DNA of 64,000 nt from positions 102,920,001-102,984,000 of the forward strand of contig OZ024740.1 of NCBI GenBank assembly GCA_964016885.1, read 5' to 3'. Below, one piece after another: positions 11,782 to 24,460 of this stretch. This stretch comes from Eledone cirrhosa (taxonomy: Eukaryota). A model generated the notes under the pieces. That model had not been told where the DNA came from. It made no database searches and was given only the letters and a program-made list of their open reading frames with translations. The translations under genes were made by a program, and so were the position numbers. Positions within the stretch are counted from its first letter, which is position 1, and every line of letters begins with the position of its first letter.

Positions 11782-13119
11782 TCTAGTCCTTCGCTCAAGA
11801 TTAATCTATAAGTTTAGATGTTTGCCTTCGTTTAAGTAAATATTACAGTAAGATTTTTAATATAAACAACTACAAAAAACAATTAATATTAAAACGAAAA
11901 AATTATCAATGATAAAAGAAGCGGATGCAACTTTTTTTTTTATAAAGTTATATTCCTGTTTCTTTAAAGAACATTTCATTTTTGTTCTATTGTAGGCGAA
12001 ATAATGCAATGGTTTAATAGGGAAGATATAACTTACGAATTATGTCTCTAACCGTGTAACGCTTTTTAAGTAGATAACTACAATTGAAAATACTAAAGAA
12101 ATGGAACCAACAATTCAATTTGAAAGTCGTCTAGTGACAGTGTATTACTGGTACTTTATTTTATCGACCCCGTAACGATGAAAGGCAAAAATGCAAATGC
12201 TTAAAATTTAAATTGCCTTAATTCTATCGTCTGCTGTTTCATTAAAGGGAGATTCTCGTCTGTATTTAATTCTATCGTCTACTGTTCCACTAAACAGATA
12301 TACCTCCACTATCGTCTCTATTTATACATTTTAACTTATAACTTATACACATTTGATTTGAAATATTTTATCTAGTCCCCCCCCCTCTCAATATTATGAT
12401 GATTTCTTTCGAATGAAACAGTTCTAGTCCTGTAGAAGCCATTTATATATATAATTGAACTGAGTTAAAAATTCACAATATTTATAATTAAATAAGCTCA
12501 TATATATATGTGTGTATTTATCTGTTTATTGTATTATATATAATGTGTGTATATACAGGATGTCCCCCAAAAATATATACACACTTCAACAGCATTCTAA
12601 TAACTATTGCCTGTACAGGTAATCAAAGTGTCAATCGAATGTTAGTTTCGTGTTTTAACAGTACAAATTTACAATACACACATAAAACCAGTGTATATAC
12701 ATACATGAATGTGTATACACATACATGAATGTGTATATACAATATATATGTATATATATATAGACACATATATTCACGGTGCAACGGTACATTAAAATAT
12801 AGATGCGGGAGAGGGGGGTGTATATATAGGGGCGCTGGGGATAAAGGAGTGTAAAGCGTGTGTAATTGATATATTGAAGGAGAGGAGCGTGCAGCGATAG
12901 AGTAACAAATATATAGAGAGGGGGAGAGATGGTATTGAAGGGGAGGAGTGCAAAGCGAAAGAGTAAGAGATATAAATAGAGACGGAACAGATAGAGAGAA
13001 ACAGGCGTAAGTAACAGTGGAAGAGATATAGAGAGAGGTACTCTGATTGGTTGAAAATTAGCCAATGACATACGATCACCACCACGGCTATCCCCGAAAA
13101 ATTTTTAAAGAAGCTAGGC

Positions 13120-13185
13120 ATATATGTTAGAACACGAAAAGTGAACATTCTGTGTTTCACACTTTTCGTGTTCTAACAGATATAT
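13120..13185. repeat. Short foldback hairpin next to a microsatellite
   Basis: TGTTAGAACACGAAAAGTG pairs with CACTTTTCGTGTTCTAACA. Confidence 0.85.
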
Positions 13186-13202
13186 ATATGTGTGTGTGTG
13201 CG

Positions 13203-13283
<81 letters not shown>

Positions 13284-13539
13284 CAGTAGTACTAGTGAAA
13301 ATACCACGGTCATTTTGGAAATTATAAAATTGTTTGTTGGAAATTTATGGAGAATCATGAAATGCATTATTCATATTATTTTTTTTAAAACTGTATTTGT
13401 TGTGAAGGTTTGGTTCTTGAGGTGTGAAAGTTCACATAGGTATTACTGGAGATGCAATTTTAGGAGAGAGCGTCTTTGAAAACTCCCTTCTTTGATATAC
13501 ACTTGTTCCCCAATTTTTGTTTACCTTGGTGTACGAAGC

Positions 13540-13880
13540 TTGGCTGAATGGCGTGATCGTTCGCTTCGCAATCATTAATTCACGGGTTCGATCCCACAGT
13601 GTGACATCTTAGCCATATGTGATTCACCATACCCTCGGATAAACCCATGTCTTGAGAATGAAATTGAATCCACGGAAACTGTTTGTAAAACCGCCGGATC
13701 GACTGTACTTGTAATTCAAAGGTCAACCTTGTCACACATTGTGTCTCGCTGAATCTTTCAGAGATTTACGTTAAGAGTACACGTGTCTGTGGAATTCTCA
13801 ACCACTTATACGTCGATTTTATGAGCATGCTGTTGATTGTAGAACTGAAACACTCATCGCCGAAAGCGACGGAGGTCCAT
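13540..13880 (+). mobile_element. tRNA-derived SINE(s), family 2 (composite)
   Basis: A-box-like TGGCTGAATGG and B-box GGTTCGATCCC. The 3' body matches 16330-16575, 17560-17765 and 43235-43525. Confidence 0.75.
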
Positions 13881-14146
13881 TTTTTTACCGTTGTTATCTA
13901 ATATTGATATCTTCACGTCAGTACCGAGACATTTGAACGCTCTTAGTTCAAATCCCACCGAAGTCAACATTGCCTTCTATCTCACCAGGATCCTTAAAAT
14001 AAAGTCCCAGTCTAGCAGAATTGCTAGAGCGTCAGAGATACCTTGTGATATTTCTTTCTGTTCTTTGTGTCCTCAGTTCAAATCCCACCGTAGTCTATTT
14101 GGATGATGAATCTAATCCATTACCCAGTTTAACACTACTACTTGAT

Positions 14147-14316
14147 AAGTGCCGGATTTATACAAATGAGGTCATGTGCTAGTTAAGTTATGAGGCCCCT
14201 TATTTGAGCCCTGAAAAAGGTAATTTTTTTTTTTGTAGGAATATGCCCCCACCCCCCACCCGGTCAACGGGTCTTGTGCTTAAGCGCACCTAAGCACAAT
14301 GGTAAATCCGGCACTA
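14147..14316. mobile_element. hAT-type MITE, CAGTGCCGGATTTA family
   Basis: TIRs AGTGCCGGATTTA / TAAATCCGGCACT. 8-bp flanks TACTTGAT / CACTTGAC. Homologous to 16864-16992 and 20635-20791. Confidence 0.8.
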
Positions 14317-14352
14317 CACTTGACCCTTGGATGACTTTAGTAGTGTCTAAAC

Positions 14353-14513
14353 CAGCGTTTCTCAACATTTTTACCCTTGTGGAACCCTTGAAATAATTTT
14401 CATGTCTCAGGGAAACCCTGCATTAAAATTATTTTATCTAAATGGATTAGCTTATTTATCACTATTTCTGGCGGAAGACTAGGGTTCCAGGTAACACCGT
14501 TTGAGAAACGCTG
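14353..14513. mobile_element. hAT/Charlie-type MITE
   Basis: TIRs CAGCGTTTCTCAA / TTGAGAAACGCTG. Flanks GTCTAAAC / GTCTACTC resemble the Charlie NTCTAGAN target. Confidence 0.85.
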
Positions 14514-14830
14514 GTCTACTCTGTAGCAAGCATTTGGGCCAGGTGTCTGGTTTCAAGATACTTTCTATTCAGCGTAAATACTTTCATTAAACTTTGTTCA
14601 TGTTTTTGTGCATATTTTTTGTCAGCCAGATGTATTTGTTATTTGCTTTTAGTTTAGTTTATCTTAAGCTCCCCCACTTTCCTCCCACCTGTTTTGCAAG
14701 CCCTGAATAGGGTTATGTGCATTACCGTTACCTCTGATTAAAGAATAAAAAAAAAGCAAAGAAAAGAAAAAAAAAAGCAAGCCATCTTAACTATGGAACG
14801 AAATCGAAGACATAATCTATCAATGATACT

Positions 14831-14913
<83 letters not shown>

Positions 14914-15090
14914 GACGTTGATTTTCGTTAATTCCTGAGCTGAAAACGATTCTCGCTAATTTATATTTGTATATATATATATATATATATATTCATATCA
15001 GAGAAACGTTCATATGGTTGAATTTGAATCCACCGTGAAAAGAATACAAGAGCAAACCCATTGAGCAGTGGATTCTAAAAATGATGTGAG

Positions 15091-15167
<77 letters not shown>

Positions 15168-15384
15168 CACACTTGTGTTATAGGATGTTTCCTAATTGAT
15201 AGCTGGAGTTGTGATTGTGTCGCTCCAATCAGCAAATCATGGTGTAATAAATAAAAAGCACTTGACGTTATGTGTATTCTACAAATTTTGATGTAGTATC
15301 GCATGGGTAGCAATGGACGGAGATAAATACATGAATAATTCAACACGAAGGCTATCTTTCCATAATTTCGTTTATTATATCCAT

Positions 15385-15644
15385 AATACGTATTTCTGAG
15401 GTGAAATGGTTACGTCATGATACCATGGTGCAATCTATGACACGGCGTCTTCAGATGGCTCATTAAGTATGTCTCCACACGGAGACAGACCTTTGGCATA
15501 ACAACATCAAACGTAGGTCTGTCTCCATATCAAAACATTACAGTGCCTTCGAAATTTATTACCTAATGGGCCATCTGAAAGCGTCGTGTCATGGATAACC
15601 TCATGATATCATGACATAACTATTTCACTACAGAAATACGTATT
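15385..15644. repeat. Imperfect foldback element (MITE-like), arms of about 95 bp plus inner GGAGACAGACCT/AGGTCTGTCTCC stem
   Basis: AATACGTATTTCTG...GTGAAAT pairs with ATTTCAC...CAGAAATACGTATT. Confidence 0.8.
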
Positions 15645-15659
15645 GTAGCTTTACATAAT

Positions 15660-15830
15660 AATTGTTTCTACTTTTGGCACAAGCAATACTGGGGCTTTAT
15701 TTTATCGACCTCGTAAGGATGAAAAGACAAAGTTAACCTCGGCAGAATTTGAACTCAAAACATAAAGGGCCATAACTCTATGCTGCAAAGCATGGTGTCT
15801 GACGCTCTACCAATACTGTCAATCCGACGT
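15660..15830 (-). mobile_element. tRNA-derived SINE, family 1
   Basis: Same conserved body as the other family-1 copies. Confidence 0.8.
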
Positions 15831-15911
15831 TATGGAAATCTAGCATTCATTTGGTATATATATATATATAGTGTATTTTGCAATACAATGTATGCTTAAT
15901 TAAAAGCATTT

Positions 15912-16091
15912 TGAAGACCTTACGCTATTGTTTTAGAGTAGTGACAGTTTCACTTACTTTAAATTTTCAGCAAACAGGGTTAAGTACCAAATAGTACGAA
16001 ACAGAGCTCTGTCAGCTTTATCTCCCCGTTTGCAGAAAATTTAAAGTAAGTGAGACTGTCACGACTCTAAAACAATAGCATAAGGCCTTCA
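15912..16091. repeat. Foldback with arms of about 67 bp
   Basis: TGAAGACCTTACGCTATTGTTTTAGAGT... pairs with ...ACTCTAAAACAATAGCATAAGGCCTTCA. Confidence 0.85.
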
Positions 16092-16329
16092 CTATATATA
16101 CATTCATATATATATCGCTATTTCAGAGCACCAATTCTAATATATATATATATAAGGGATAACAAAATATCGTTATAGGTAATCCAGTTAGAGGTTGTGA
16201 ATACTTATTATGGATAGTTTTAGCGTACGGCGTTGTTTGACTCAAATCCCTTTTCTTGTACTGTTTACCATGTTATTCTTCACTTTTTCAATTTTATATA
16301 TATATATATATATTTCTGTGTGGGGTGCA

Positions 16330-16575
16330 CCTCCAGCCTGCTCGTGAAACTGATGTGTAGGTAGCTGAGCATTGCACAGACACGTGCACCCAGGAGGATT
16401 CAACGTAAAACAGGATGGGACAAGGCTAGCCATTTGTATAACAAATACAACTCACTTTTGCCAGCTGAGTGGACTGGAGCAACGTGAAATAAAGTCCCTT
16501 GTTTAAGGACACAACGGGAGTCGTACACACGAACATACGATCCTAAGCCGAACACCCCTAACTTGCTAAGTCACA
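16330..16575 (-). mobile_element. SINE family 2 copy
   Basis: TTGCCAGCTGAGTGGACTGGAGCAACGTGAAATAAAGT is shared with 43410-43450. Confidence 0.75.
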
Positions 16576-16863
16576 CGCTTTCATACACACACATATATAT
16601 ATACATATGCATGTATGTATGTGTACATGCATATACATATATATATAAAAGTTTATGTATGTATGTATCTCCTTCTGGTTTCATTACTTTATGAATTTTT
16701 ACCACTAGAGAGCGAGGGCCGGTTTCTAACATAGACACAAGACTCTATCATTAGACATCAACTAGGTAAATATGTATGTATGTCTGCGTGCGTGTGTGTG
16801 TGCGTGTATTTGTATGCTTTAGTTATATGTGTACCCTGAATATGTTATATACATGCGTATATA

Positions 16864-16992
16864 CAGTGTCGAATTTACCATTGTGTTTAGGTGTGGCACA
16901 GGGCCCCGTTGGCCAGCGGACCCTGTCCTCCAAAATGTTTACCTCCTTCAGAGCCCAAGTAAGGGGCCTCATTTGTCCTAAATCCGGCACTG
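16864..16992. mobile_element. hAT-type MITE, CAGTGCCGGATTTA family
   Basis: TIRs CAGTGTCGAATTTA / TAAATCCGGCACTG. Flanks CGTATATA / TGTATATG. Confidence 0.75.
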
Positions 16993-17341
16993 TGTATATG
17001 TAGCTATTACATGCAGAATTTTTGGAATGTTTTACATATTTTTACAGTTCCAGATCGTACTTGTAACTTTCTAACTATGTATGTATGTACGGTATGTATG
17101 TATGTATGTAACAGACTAAATTTAAAATATTTTAATTATCAGTCAACTGTCATAAGAAAAATCTGAATGTCGTGTGTGAAGTAGATTCTATCTTCGAATT
17201 CATTGCATAGTTAAAACGTTACATATATGTAGACTGAGGCTGAATAATATATAATATTATATGTTTCGGTGCGTGTGTGTATGTGTGTTGTGAATGAGGT
17301 CATGATTTCAATTTCCAGCTGTGCATTGTGTACTTAAGAAA

Positions 17342-17543
17342 TACGGGGGCCGGCTGAAACGTTTATAGAGTGACTATGGAAGATTGATGTTGGAGCTGTG
17401 AAATTTTGCATGCATTAATTTAAACTATTCTTATTAATAACCGCATTGTTTATTTCCGGGGGCGATGTTGAAAAATGAACCTCATTTGGTCATTCCATGA
17501 CAGTATCTTGGTCAGCCTATGAATTTTTTAGTCGACCCTCATA
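17342..17543. mobile_element. Tc1/mariner-type MITE
   Basis: TA-CGGGGGCCGGCTGAAA ... TTTTTAGTCGACCCTCA-TA. The internal sequence is shared with 18415-18635 and 21216-21499. Confidence 0.8.
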
Positions 17544-18056
17544 CACTTAATTTCACTCTACATCTGTCCATTACCTGGCAAAAGCAAGTGGTACCTGTAA
17601 TTCATAGGGCCACCCTTGTCTTGCACTGTCTCGCGTTGAATCTCTTCGAGAACTACGTTATCGGAACACGTTCTTATGGAATGCTCAGCCACATGCACAA
17701 TAATTTCATGACCTGGCCGTTTTGTTGATCGAACAACTGAAACACCCATCGTCCTAACAGTCTGAGGTCAAACGCACCCCAACACATACTTTTGAATGTG
17801 TGCATATGTGTGCGTGTGTATGTGTGTGTGTGTGTGCGTCCGTGAATAAGGCAGTCAATATGGCAGAGTTAAAGAGTGTTTCCAGCCTAAATCCATCAAT
17901 AAAAGCATGGGACATGCTACGAAGTCATCCTTGATTTCCAGTGACGGCAGTTGTTTTTTTACACACTCACACACATACATACATACTCACACACACTCAT
18001 ACACACACACATTCACTGACAGGCAGAGACATAAAAGCATAATCTTATGATGTATA

Positions 18057-18148
<92 letters not shown>

Positions 18149-18414
18149 AGAGTGTGTTTGTGTGTATTTATATACATATACACAGTACAAATGAACGCGG
18201 GTAGGAAGTTGCAGTGCCAAAGACTGAAATGTGTTGGTAATAGAATATTTGACAATCAGTTTGTATGGCTTTCTTTTTGATGTTTCTGTGGGAAACAGCA
18301 GCACTGTGCCATGAATGTTAAGAGTACTTTGGAACTCAGCACTGTTCGGATTGAAGTATTACTTGGCTCCGAAGAAGCGCCCTAGTGTTTGTAATCAGTT
18401 TTGGAGATGTTATA

Positions 18415-18635
18415 TACGAGGGTCGGAAGAAAAGTTCAAAGGAGTGATGCTAGGGCTGTGAAATCTTGTTTGCATAAATTCTAACTCTCCTTATTAATAA
18501 TTGCATTGTTTCTTTCCAGTGACTATGTTGAAAAATAAACTTCATTTGGTCATTCCATGAGAGTATCATGGTCAGTCTATGAACTTTTCAGCCTATGAAC
18601 TTTTCAGTCCACGAACTTTTTAGCCGTTCCGCGTA
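18415..18635. mobile_element. Tc1/mariner-type MITE with triplicated subterminal 16-mer
   Basis: TACGAGGGTCGGAAGAAAAGTTC ... (GCCTATGAACTTTTCA)x about 3 ... CGCGTA. Confidence 0.8.
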
Positions 18636-18641
18636 GAATGA

Positions 18642-18800
18642 AGGCGGTGAATTGGCAGAATCGTTAGAAAAGTCGGATAGCATGTTTCGTGGCATCCATT
18701 CTGGCTCTCTGCGTTCTGAGTTCAAAACCGTCCGAAGTCAACTTTTGGCTTTCATCTGTTCGAGGTCAATAAAAAAAAAAATAGTGCCTGTCCAGAACCG
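18642..18800 (+). mobile_element. tRNA-derived SINE, family 1
   Basis: 5' head GGCGGTGAATTGGCAGAATCGTTAG and B-box GAGTTCAAA. Confidence 0.8.
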
Positions 18801-19204
18801 GGGCCAATTTTTCCTCTGTATCTCTTTCTCATTTCTTCTCTATCACTTTCTCTCCTTCTCTAGAAGAAATCCTGTGTTCAGACCTGGAGAAGGGTTAGGT
18901 TCATCTTCATACCAACCATGTTCTTGGCGCATACATTCAGATCAACAAAAAAAAATATATGTATGTATATATATATATGTGTGTATGTGTGTGTGTGTGT
19001 GTGTGTGTGTACGTACATACACACGCACACGTGTATATATTAATATATGTATATATACACATACACAAATATATAATGGTTACAACAGGTGTTACGGGTT
19101 CATACAACCATACAGGGTGAGATAAAAGTCACTTTCTAATTACACACATTTTTTTTTATTAAACATATTATTTACAGTGACAACAATAATAATGATTTCT
19201 TGTA

Positions 19205-19410
19205 TAGGCACAAGGTCAATAATTGGGGGGGGGGGGGTCGATTAAATCGACGCCAGTACGTTACTGGTGCTTTATTTTATCGACCCCGTAAGGATGAAAG
19301 GCAAAGTTAACCTCGGCGAGATTTGAACTCAGACCGTAAATGACCGTAACTCTATGCTGCAAAGCATGGTGACCGAGACTCTCTACCAATATTGCCATCC
19401 ACCGCCCTTA
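19205..19410 (-). mobile_element. tRNA-derived SINE, family 1 (near full length)
   Basis: Full head-to-tail similarity to 27124-27309. Confidence 0.85.
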
Positions 19411-20227
19411 TGTGACAACAATAATAATAATGCTATAATAATTGTTTCTACTATTGGCACAAGGCCAGCAATTATTTCAGTGTATCACTGGTACTTTATT
19501 TTATAAGAGCAAAATATTTTTAAAAAAAGAAACAAAAGGAAAGAAAGAATAGGTAAATATAGAGAAAAAAGAGAAAAAGAAAGAAGAAAAAGAACGGGAA
19601 GGGGAGGGGATAGCATGAGCTCTGGTGTCGAAGAAGAGAGATGAGGAGAAAGGGGAGGGTTATTGGGCTTTGGGCCTAGGGCAAGAGAGCAGAAGTCCTG
19701 CGCCCCGCGGACAAGACGGCAAAAGCATTTCCGCTGCAACAGCCACCCAACCTCGCTGCCCCCCCCCCCCCCCCCGATTTGACCGCTCCCGATATTTTTT
19801 CCAAGGAAACTGATTTCTGCTACAGTGCATAATTTCTTTGTTGTGTCCATTTGATCACACCTGTTAAGTTTTACTGAGGTCTCGACGCGAACATTCCATC
19901 ATTCTTTTAAATTACGAGTGGTTATGCCCTCCACATCAATGTTACTTCTTATATTTTAAAATATTATTTATATTTTCAAACAATTAATTGTATATATATA
20001 AAAAGCCAGTAATTTGAAGGGATAGGGAAAGTTGATTAAATCGACCCCAATGCGTTACTGCTACTTACTTTAATTTATCAACCTCAAAAGAATGAAAAGT
20101 AAACCTTGGTGGGGTTTGAAATTAGAACATAAAAGGACGTAACTAGAAGCCGGCCTTTTACATTTTGAGTTAAAATCCCGCCGAGGAAAATAATATAAGA
20201 AAAAAATACGCGAGATGAACCGCACAG

Positions 20228-21200
20228 TCAATCACACGTCACAATAAAGTGTGATGGAGTTTCCTTGTATAAATTTTCGAGGCAAGTCGATCCACTGGCA
20301 ACATTGCCTCGGGTGATATCTTCAGGACTACGTTTTCTGTGAATTACATTACATAATGTTTTAGCCACGATATCATCCCTTATAGGTAAACAATATTTTG
20401 AGAACAATTTTCGGACAGATGCTTTCATGTAGTGATAATTCCCATAATCTGTATAGGTTATCACATCTATCCCGTCTGTACATCAGGTATTTCGTTGATA
20501 TTTCTTGTGCCTGGATTACAAATACATACCCTTTGAAATGAGAGATAATATACCAGTCGCTGGTCAAAAAGAGACTACTTTGGTTATCGATGTTACTGTA
20601 ATTTCGAATCATTCTGATAAAATAACATAAGCCTCAATACCAGATTTAGGACAAATGAGGCTCTGTGCTAGTTAAATTATAAGGCCCCTTACTTGGGCCC
20701 TGGAGGAGTTAAAAAATGGGGGGGGGGGGAAACCCGGCCAACTGGGCCCTGTGCTAAAGCACACATAAGCATAATGATAAATCCAGCACTGATAACCCTC
20801 CACGGCTTTCTGCTGCTAGGCATACATCTTTTCATTCGATAACCTGCTTCGGTAGAATTGGGTAACATTCTCTGGTTATATATCCTTGGTCATTTGGCGG
20901 GGAATACTTTTTGAACAGCCACAGTGTTATTTGCTTCATTCATGCATATTTGATTCATCGATGCAATTCGACGTCTGGTAGTTAGTAGTAGATATTGTTG
21001 GTGGGGTGTGATGCAACTTTCAAAAACTGCTTCAATACATATTAAGCTTATGCCTCCGTGTTTTCATTTTAGGTAGAGGCGTTCTATATCACTGGCATCC
21101 AATCCAGTAGCCTAATTGTTGATGAGTACTGGTAGAGCAAACATATTGTGGTTTGCCGATTTCTTGTATGCAGTGAAATCTGAGAACAGTATGTATTCCA
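20228..21200 (-). mobile_element. Decayed R4/Dong-like LINE fragment (post-RT region and zinc-knuckle region), interrupted by a MITE
   Basis: Peptides SDIERLYLK*KHGGISLICIEAVFESCI, GYVFVIQAQEISTKYL and KYCLPIRDDIVAK resemble the R4-clade motifs SDxxRLYxxRxxGGRGL, G.xxAxQEQ.I.T..Y and YxxRHDxVAK. Confidence 0.75.
20635..20791. mobile_element. hAT-type MITE, CAGTGCCGGATTTA family
   Basis: TIRs CAATACCAGATTTA / TAAATCCAGCACTG. 8-bp TSD ATAAGCCT / ATAACCCT. Confidence 0.85.
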
Positions 21201-21215
21201 TGCAAGTACATATTA

Positions 21216-21499
21216 TACGAGGGTAAACTGAAAAGGTTGACTTTGAAGGAGTGATATACGAGGGACGGAAGAAAAGTTTAAAAAGTTTAATTCCTCATAT
21301 TTTCTGATGAAAAGCTAGCGTCTGAAAGGTTAAAACTCCTTTCCTACTATATCAATGAAATCTGGCATGCATTAATTTCAACTTTTCTTATTAATAACTG
21401 CATTGTTTCTTTCCAGGGACTATGTTGAAAAATAAACCTTATTTGGTCATTCCGTGAGAGTATCTTATCAGCCTATGCACTTTTCCTCCTACACTCGTA
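21216..21499. mobile_element. Mariner-type MITE with a duplicated left end and a captured segment of about 67 bp containing a hammerhead-like motif
   Basis: TACGAGGG at 21216 and 21257, right end CTCGTA. The insert 21287-21353 matches 21889-21955. Confidence 0.75.
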
Positions 21500-21827
21500 C
21501 TGCTTAGTAAGGCGTTCCTTGCTACAAATTCCATCGTCAATATATTTTTATTCATCCCTAAGCATTTTTCTTCGGATGTCGGATAAATAGTTCGGCCATT
21601 GATCGACTAGCTATTGTTTGTTCGACTACTCTGACTGCTGATAATTCTCACTCATTTTACAATCATGGCTTTGTATCCTGACCAAACTTCCTCCTTTGTA
21701 TCCTTAAGAGAATGTTGCAATCAGCCCAAGGCTCATCTTCAGTGCATTCATCGAATTCAGATCGATAACTATGTGTGTGTGTGTGTGCACGTGTGCGCGC
21801 ACACATACACTCTCACACACATGTATG

Positions 21828-21891
<64 letters not shown>

Positions 21892-21901
21892 ATTCCTCAT
21901 A

Positions 21902-21937
21902 TTTTCTGATGAAAAGCTAGCGTCCGAAAGGTTAAAA
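21902..21937 (+). ncRNA. Degenerate minimal hammerhead motif (second copy at 21300-21335)
   Basis: TTTT-CTGATGA-AAAGCTAGCGTCC-GAAA-GG-TT-AAAA is a decayed relative of 24940-24975. Confidence 0.55.
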
Positions 21938-22084
21938 CTCCTTTCCTACTATATCAAGCGTAAAACTAATATATTTCTTCATTGTACTGTGTCGTTTGCT
22001 TTATTATTTTGATTTGCCTTTTGCATATATATAAAGGTCCCGTCCAACATATGTCAACATGAAGAGGCGAGCATTAAAACTATA

Positions 22085-22262
22085 ATTGTTTCTACTTTTG
22101 GCACAATGCCAGCAATTACCCCAGTACATTACTGGTGCTTTATCTTATCGATCCCGTAAGGATGAAAGGCAAAGTTAACCTCGGTGGGATTTGAACTCAG
22201 AACGTAAAGGGCCATAACTATGCTGCAAAGCATGGTCGGTCTACCGATACTGCCAATCCACT
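22085..22262 (-). mobile_element. tRNA-derived SINE, family 1
   Basis: Conserved family body. Confidence 0.8.
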
Positions 22263-22440
22263 AAAACTATAATAATGAATATACGTGCTTGTGTTTGTGT
22301 GCGTGCGTGTGAATAATGTAGGTACTTATACATGTACTTATCTGACACATTCAGATACACACACACTCACAAACCACGCGTACACACACTCACACACACA
22401 TGTACACACACTCACTCGCAAAAACGCATGCACGCCCACA

Positions 22441-23153
22441 TTGAGCCCTCTGCCACGCATGTCGGATATTGTTTATCGTGATTTCGTGGGCTGATATTCC
22501 TATTCTCGATTATTCTACTATATTTAGCTCTAGACCTTAGCTATTGACCAGTTAATTTTATTGATGATTTTTTTTTTGTTGATCTTATTGACTGATGAAT
22601 AGCTCTTGTTTATTTTAACACGTCTGTTGAGCACTCTGATTCGATATGTGATATTTTGTATTCTTACATAATTTACACATCACCGAATTCTTTCGCTAAT
22701 ATAGGGGTTCCCTCCCTTGCTGAATACCATGTGCGTTTTTGGCCTTGGGTCCCCTCTGTATTATTGGACGAAAACTCGTTGACGAAGCCTTTCCTCGTTC
22801 GTCCCTTCTCTAGAAAGTCTTATATATTTTTTATGCGGGCTGATAGTGATTGGATTAAGGAATTGCAGAAACCCAAGAAGCTAGATTTAACATCTTTCTA
22901 GCGGGTCCGGGTGAGTTTTTTACATTCATTTAATTTATTAATTTATTGATATTTTATTTGAGTGACCCGAATCTTCCTGGTCGTTCTTTTTCGGCTGCAT
23001 GGGTGATTTTAGGCATGTTCTCTATGTGTTGGTATTTTAACGATAGTTATAGCTCTGATTTATCCAAATTATTGAGCCCTCTGCCACGCATGTCGGATAT
23101 TGTTTTTCGTGATTTCGTGGGCTGATATTCCGATTCTCGATTATTCTACTATA
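22441..23153. repeat. Segment of about 710 bp bounded by direct repeats of about 80 bp (22441-22522 / 23072-23153)
   Basis: TTGAGCCCTCTGCCACGCATGTCGGATATTGTTT...ATTCTCGATTATTCTACTATAT occurs twice. Confidence 0.85.
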
Positions 23154-23519
23154 TAATTTGTTATATATAATGCGTTTAAGATGAGGTTTGTTATTATTCT
23201 CTTCTGAGAATAATACACACATACATACACACACACATACATACACATATATATATTCACCTATATTGTATGCATGCATATATGTATGTATTTTATGTAT
23301 TATGTATGTGTGCATGTATTCTATGTATTATGTATGTATGTATTTTCTGTATTATGTATGTATGTATTATGCATGTATGTATTATTTATGTGTATGTATG
23401 TATTTTATGTATTATGTATGTATGTATTATGCATGTATGTATTATTTATGTGTATGTATGTATTTTATGTATTATGTATTATGTATGTATGTGTGCGTAT
23501 GCATAAATAAATATAGAGG

Positions 23520-24050
23520 TGTTTATGTGTAAACAATAAACATTAACTGAACAAAGAAGTTGATATGAATTAGGCATAAATATCTTAAAACACGGCTAAG
23601 TTTCTATTTCTTTTTATTAACTCGGTTAACTGACTTTATTCATGTATGTACGCATGGAAGAAAATCAAATCCATATGTCACCACAATAATTGAAACTTAA
23701 GGGCCAGTTAGCCTCGTGATCCTGGCCGACAGGATGGAGAAGTCATTGCCATAGAATGATGGTGAGGCAGACGCGCAGGAACATTCAGTCCACCTCATGG
23801 AGCTCACACCTGTGGGCAGCTAACTCTGCTCCGATAGTAGTGAGCAGGGATGTGGTCCAGAGAGGACTAATAACGCCTGAAGACTCCACTGTCACAGGTT
23901 CTATCGCAAATCCTATCAGAGTGTGGCCGATATTTTGATAGTTTTCCCTCTTCGGGCTGGCAGACAGCGACATCTGGGCTGGTACCCGAAAGCACCAGGT
24001 TACCGCAAGAGAACGTACCACATGATGTAACCCGTGACGTAGCTAGAGTG
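23520..24050 (-). mobile_element. 3' fragment of a CRE-like (restriction-like endonuclease) LINE
   Basis: KRENY...FAIEPVTVESSGVISP..TSLLTTIG...E.HEVD*MFLRVCLTII resembles the CRE-clade C-terminus KxxKY..FxPxAxETxGxxGP..LLxxIG..WLxQRISxAI. It is followed by a 3' UTR and an (ATAC)n-rich tract. Confidence 0.65.
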
Positions 24051-24142
24051 TGTGCCGCCCGGGGAAGCCCTTCAGTTTGCTGCCCCCCCCCCCCCCCCCC
24101 CCAAAAAAAAAAACATTTTGCTCAGTGACTGACTCTTAAAGT

Positions 24143-24187
<45 letters not shown>

Positions 24188-24257
24188 AGATTTAGGACCC
24201 AGACGGCTGAGCTCCGGCCGTTTCAACAGCTAGATCCGAACTATATATATATATTTG

Positions 24258-24460
24258 GGTTTCCTCGATTATAGTGTTTAACCAGAGTTCAGTGTCTAAT
24301 ACAGGTAATCTATTGTTAGGGTGTTTGGAAGGGTAGTCGATAGTTACTGTTATGCTCTGGTGTTTGGAATTAGCTAACTGATGGATGCTCTCCATTGTGT
24401 TATTTTCTAAATCGGGTTTATTGGTACTCTCTTGTGGGGGTGTTTCAACCCATGGCTTTA
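24258..24460 (-). mobile_element. Penelope-like element RT fragment
   Basis: LANSKHQSITVTIDYPSKHPNNRLPVLDTELW resembles the Penelope-like RT motif LNSxHPxIxFTxE...LPFLD. Confidence 0.7.

Noticed and set aside
13540-13600. tRNA gene
   Set aside because: A- and B-box-like motifs are present but no cloverleaf, and it continues into a SINE body.
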